From Zootoca vivipara (taxonomy: Eukaryota): DNA of 64,000 bases. Where the stretch lies: the NCBI RefSeq assembly GCF_963506605.1, contig NC_083288.1, positions 45,818,001 through 45,882,000 on the forward strand, read 5' to 3'. The number at the start of each line of letters is the position of its first letter. Position 1 is the stretch's first letter. Positions 63,401 to 64,000 of this stretch are shown one piece after another. Below the pieces are notes generated by a model that worked only from the letters and a program-made list of their open reading frames with translations, did no database searches and was not told the origin of the DNA. Made by a program: the position numbers and the translations under genes.

Positions 63401-63985
63401 AAGAACAAGCCGTCTCAGGAACAGTTTCTTCTCTAGAGCAATTTTGGCCTTAAATGGAAAGCCTGGACTTTGAAGTCATCTTATTTTACTTGTTATTTTG
63501 TATTATATTTACTGTTTTTAATTAGGTTTTTGTAATTTTGGATTATGCGGAATGCTTTATCTGAGTGGATGTAGCAACCGAGTAATTTCGTTGTTCCCGC
63601 AAGGGGACAATGACAATAAAGATATCTTATCTTATCTGAATTGACCATTAAAGGACAGAGTTTCTGCAGCTGATTCGGTAAAGGAGAAGCCTTGAAGAAA
63701 CTGGGGGAGCTATTTCCAAAATAAAAGGAAAGAAATCAATACAGAATATCTGAATGCTGAAGATTTCAGAATATGAAACAAAATATAGAACAAAATATAG
63801 AACATAGAATATAGAACAAAAAGTAAAGTATTTTCACCCTGTAGCAATCTGGGTGATTGGAATAAGCAAAGTTTGTTAAGAAGAAATTTCATGCCAAGGC
63901 TGCAGAGATCGAAATTTGATATTCCTACCAACAATATTTGATCTGCCTTTCTTTTCAGAAAAGTCAATAGCATGCAAAGCAACTT
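60465..63985 (-). pseudogene. V2R relic: exon 4 split by the Rex1 insertion (63709-63641 and 60527-60465), plus exon 3 end (~63985-63891)
   Basis: LPQFLQGFSFTESAAETLSFNG | EMSGGFDTMNLVTFPNHSF, and ALHA...SLQPWH with a mutated donor. Confidence 0.8.
60528..63637 (+). mobile_element. Near full-length Rex1/Babar-clade LINE (EN+RT) with few disabling lesions
   Basis: LPSIFYANVRSL, TETWL, GDFNQA, SDH (APE endonuclease). GTPQGCVLSP, KFADDT, KKAQQRLYFLR (RT). GACAATAAA followed by a (TATCT)n tail. Frameshifts near 60790 and 61055, stop at 63186. Confidence 0.9.
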
Positions 63986-64000
63986 GTCATCTAGTCCTAC

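Overview
Vertebrate DNA, almost certainly from a lacertid lizard (two Podarcis-type Sauria SINEs, plus BovB, CR1, L2, Rex1 and a Penelope fragment). The window is a junction where immunoglobulin heavy-chain V segments (+ strand) are interleaved with a tandem cluster of vomeronasal type-2 receptor (V2R) genes (- strand). IGHV content: two intact genes with octamer, leader and 23-RSS, one partial segment at the window edge, and one decayed copy at ~34.6 kb. V2R content: four six-exon genes with open frames, one 5'-truncated duplicate and two relics. The pattern suggests an ~31 kb [IGHV + V2R-A + V2R-B] block was duplicated as a unit. Intron 4 of the first V2R holds a young, apparently intact 7.9 kb Ngaro-type tyrosine-recombinase retrotransposon (A1-gag-RT/RH-YR-SGNH hydrolase-B1-A2-B2). 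Its hydrolase ORF has no in-frame start codon ahead of the catalytic Ser. It sits in frame behind the YR amber stop and also behind a splice acceptor whose phase matches a strong donor inside gag, which predicts a spliced Gag-esterase fusion and/or a YR-esterase readthrough product. Two assembly gaps are present. All coordinates and identities were read by eye and no database searches were run.
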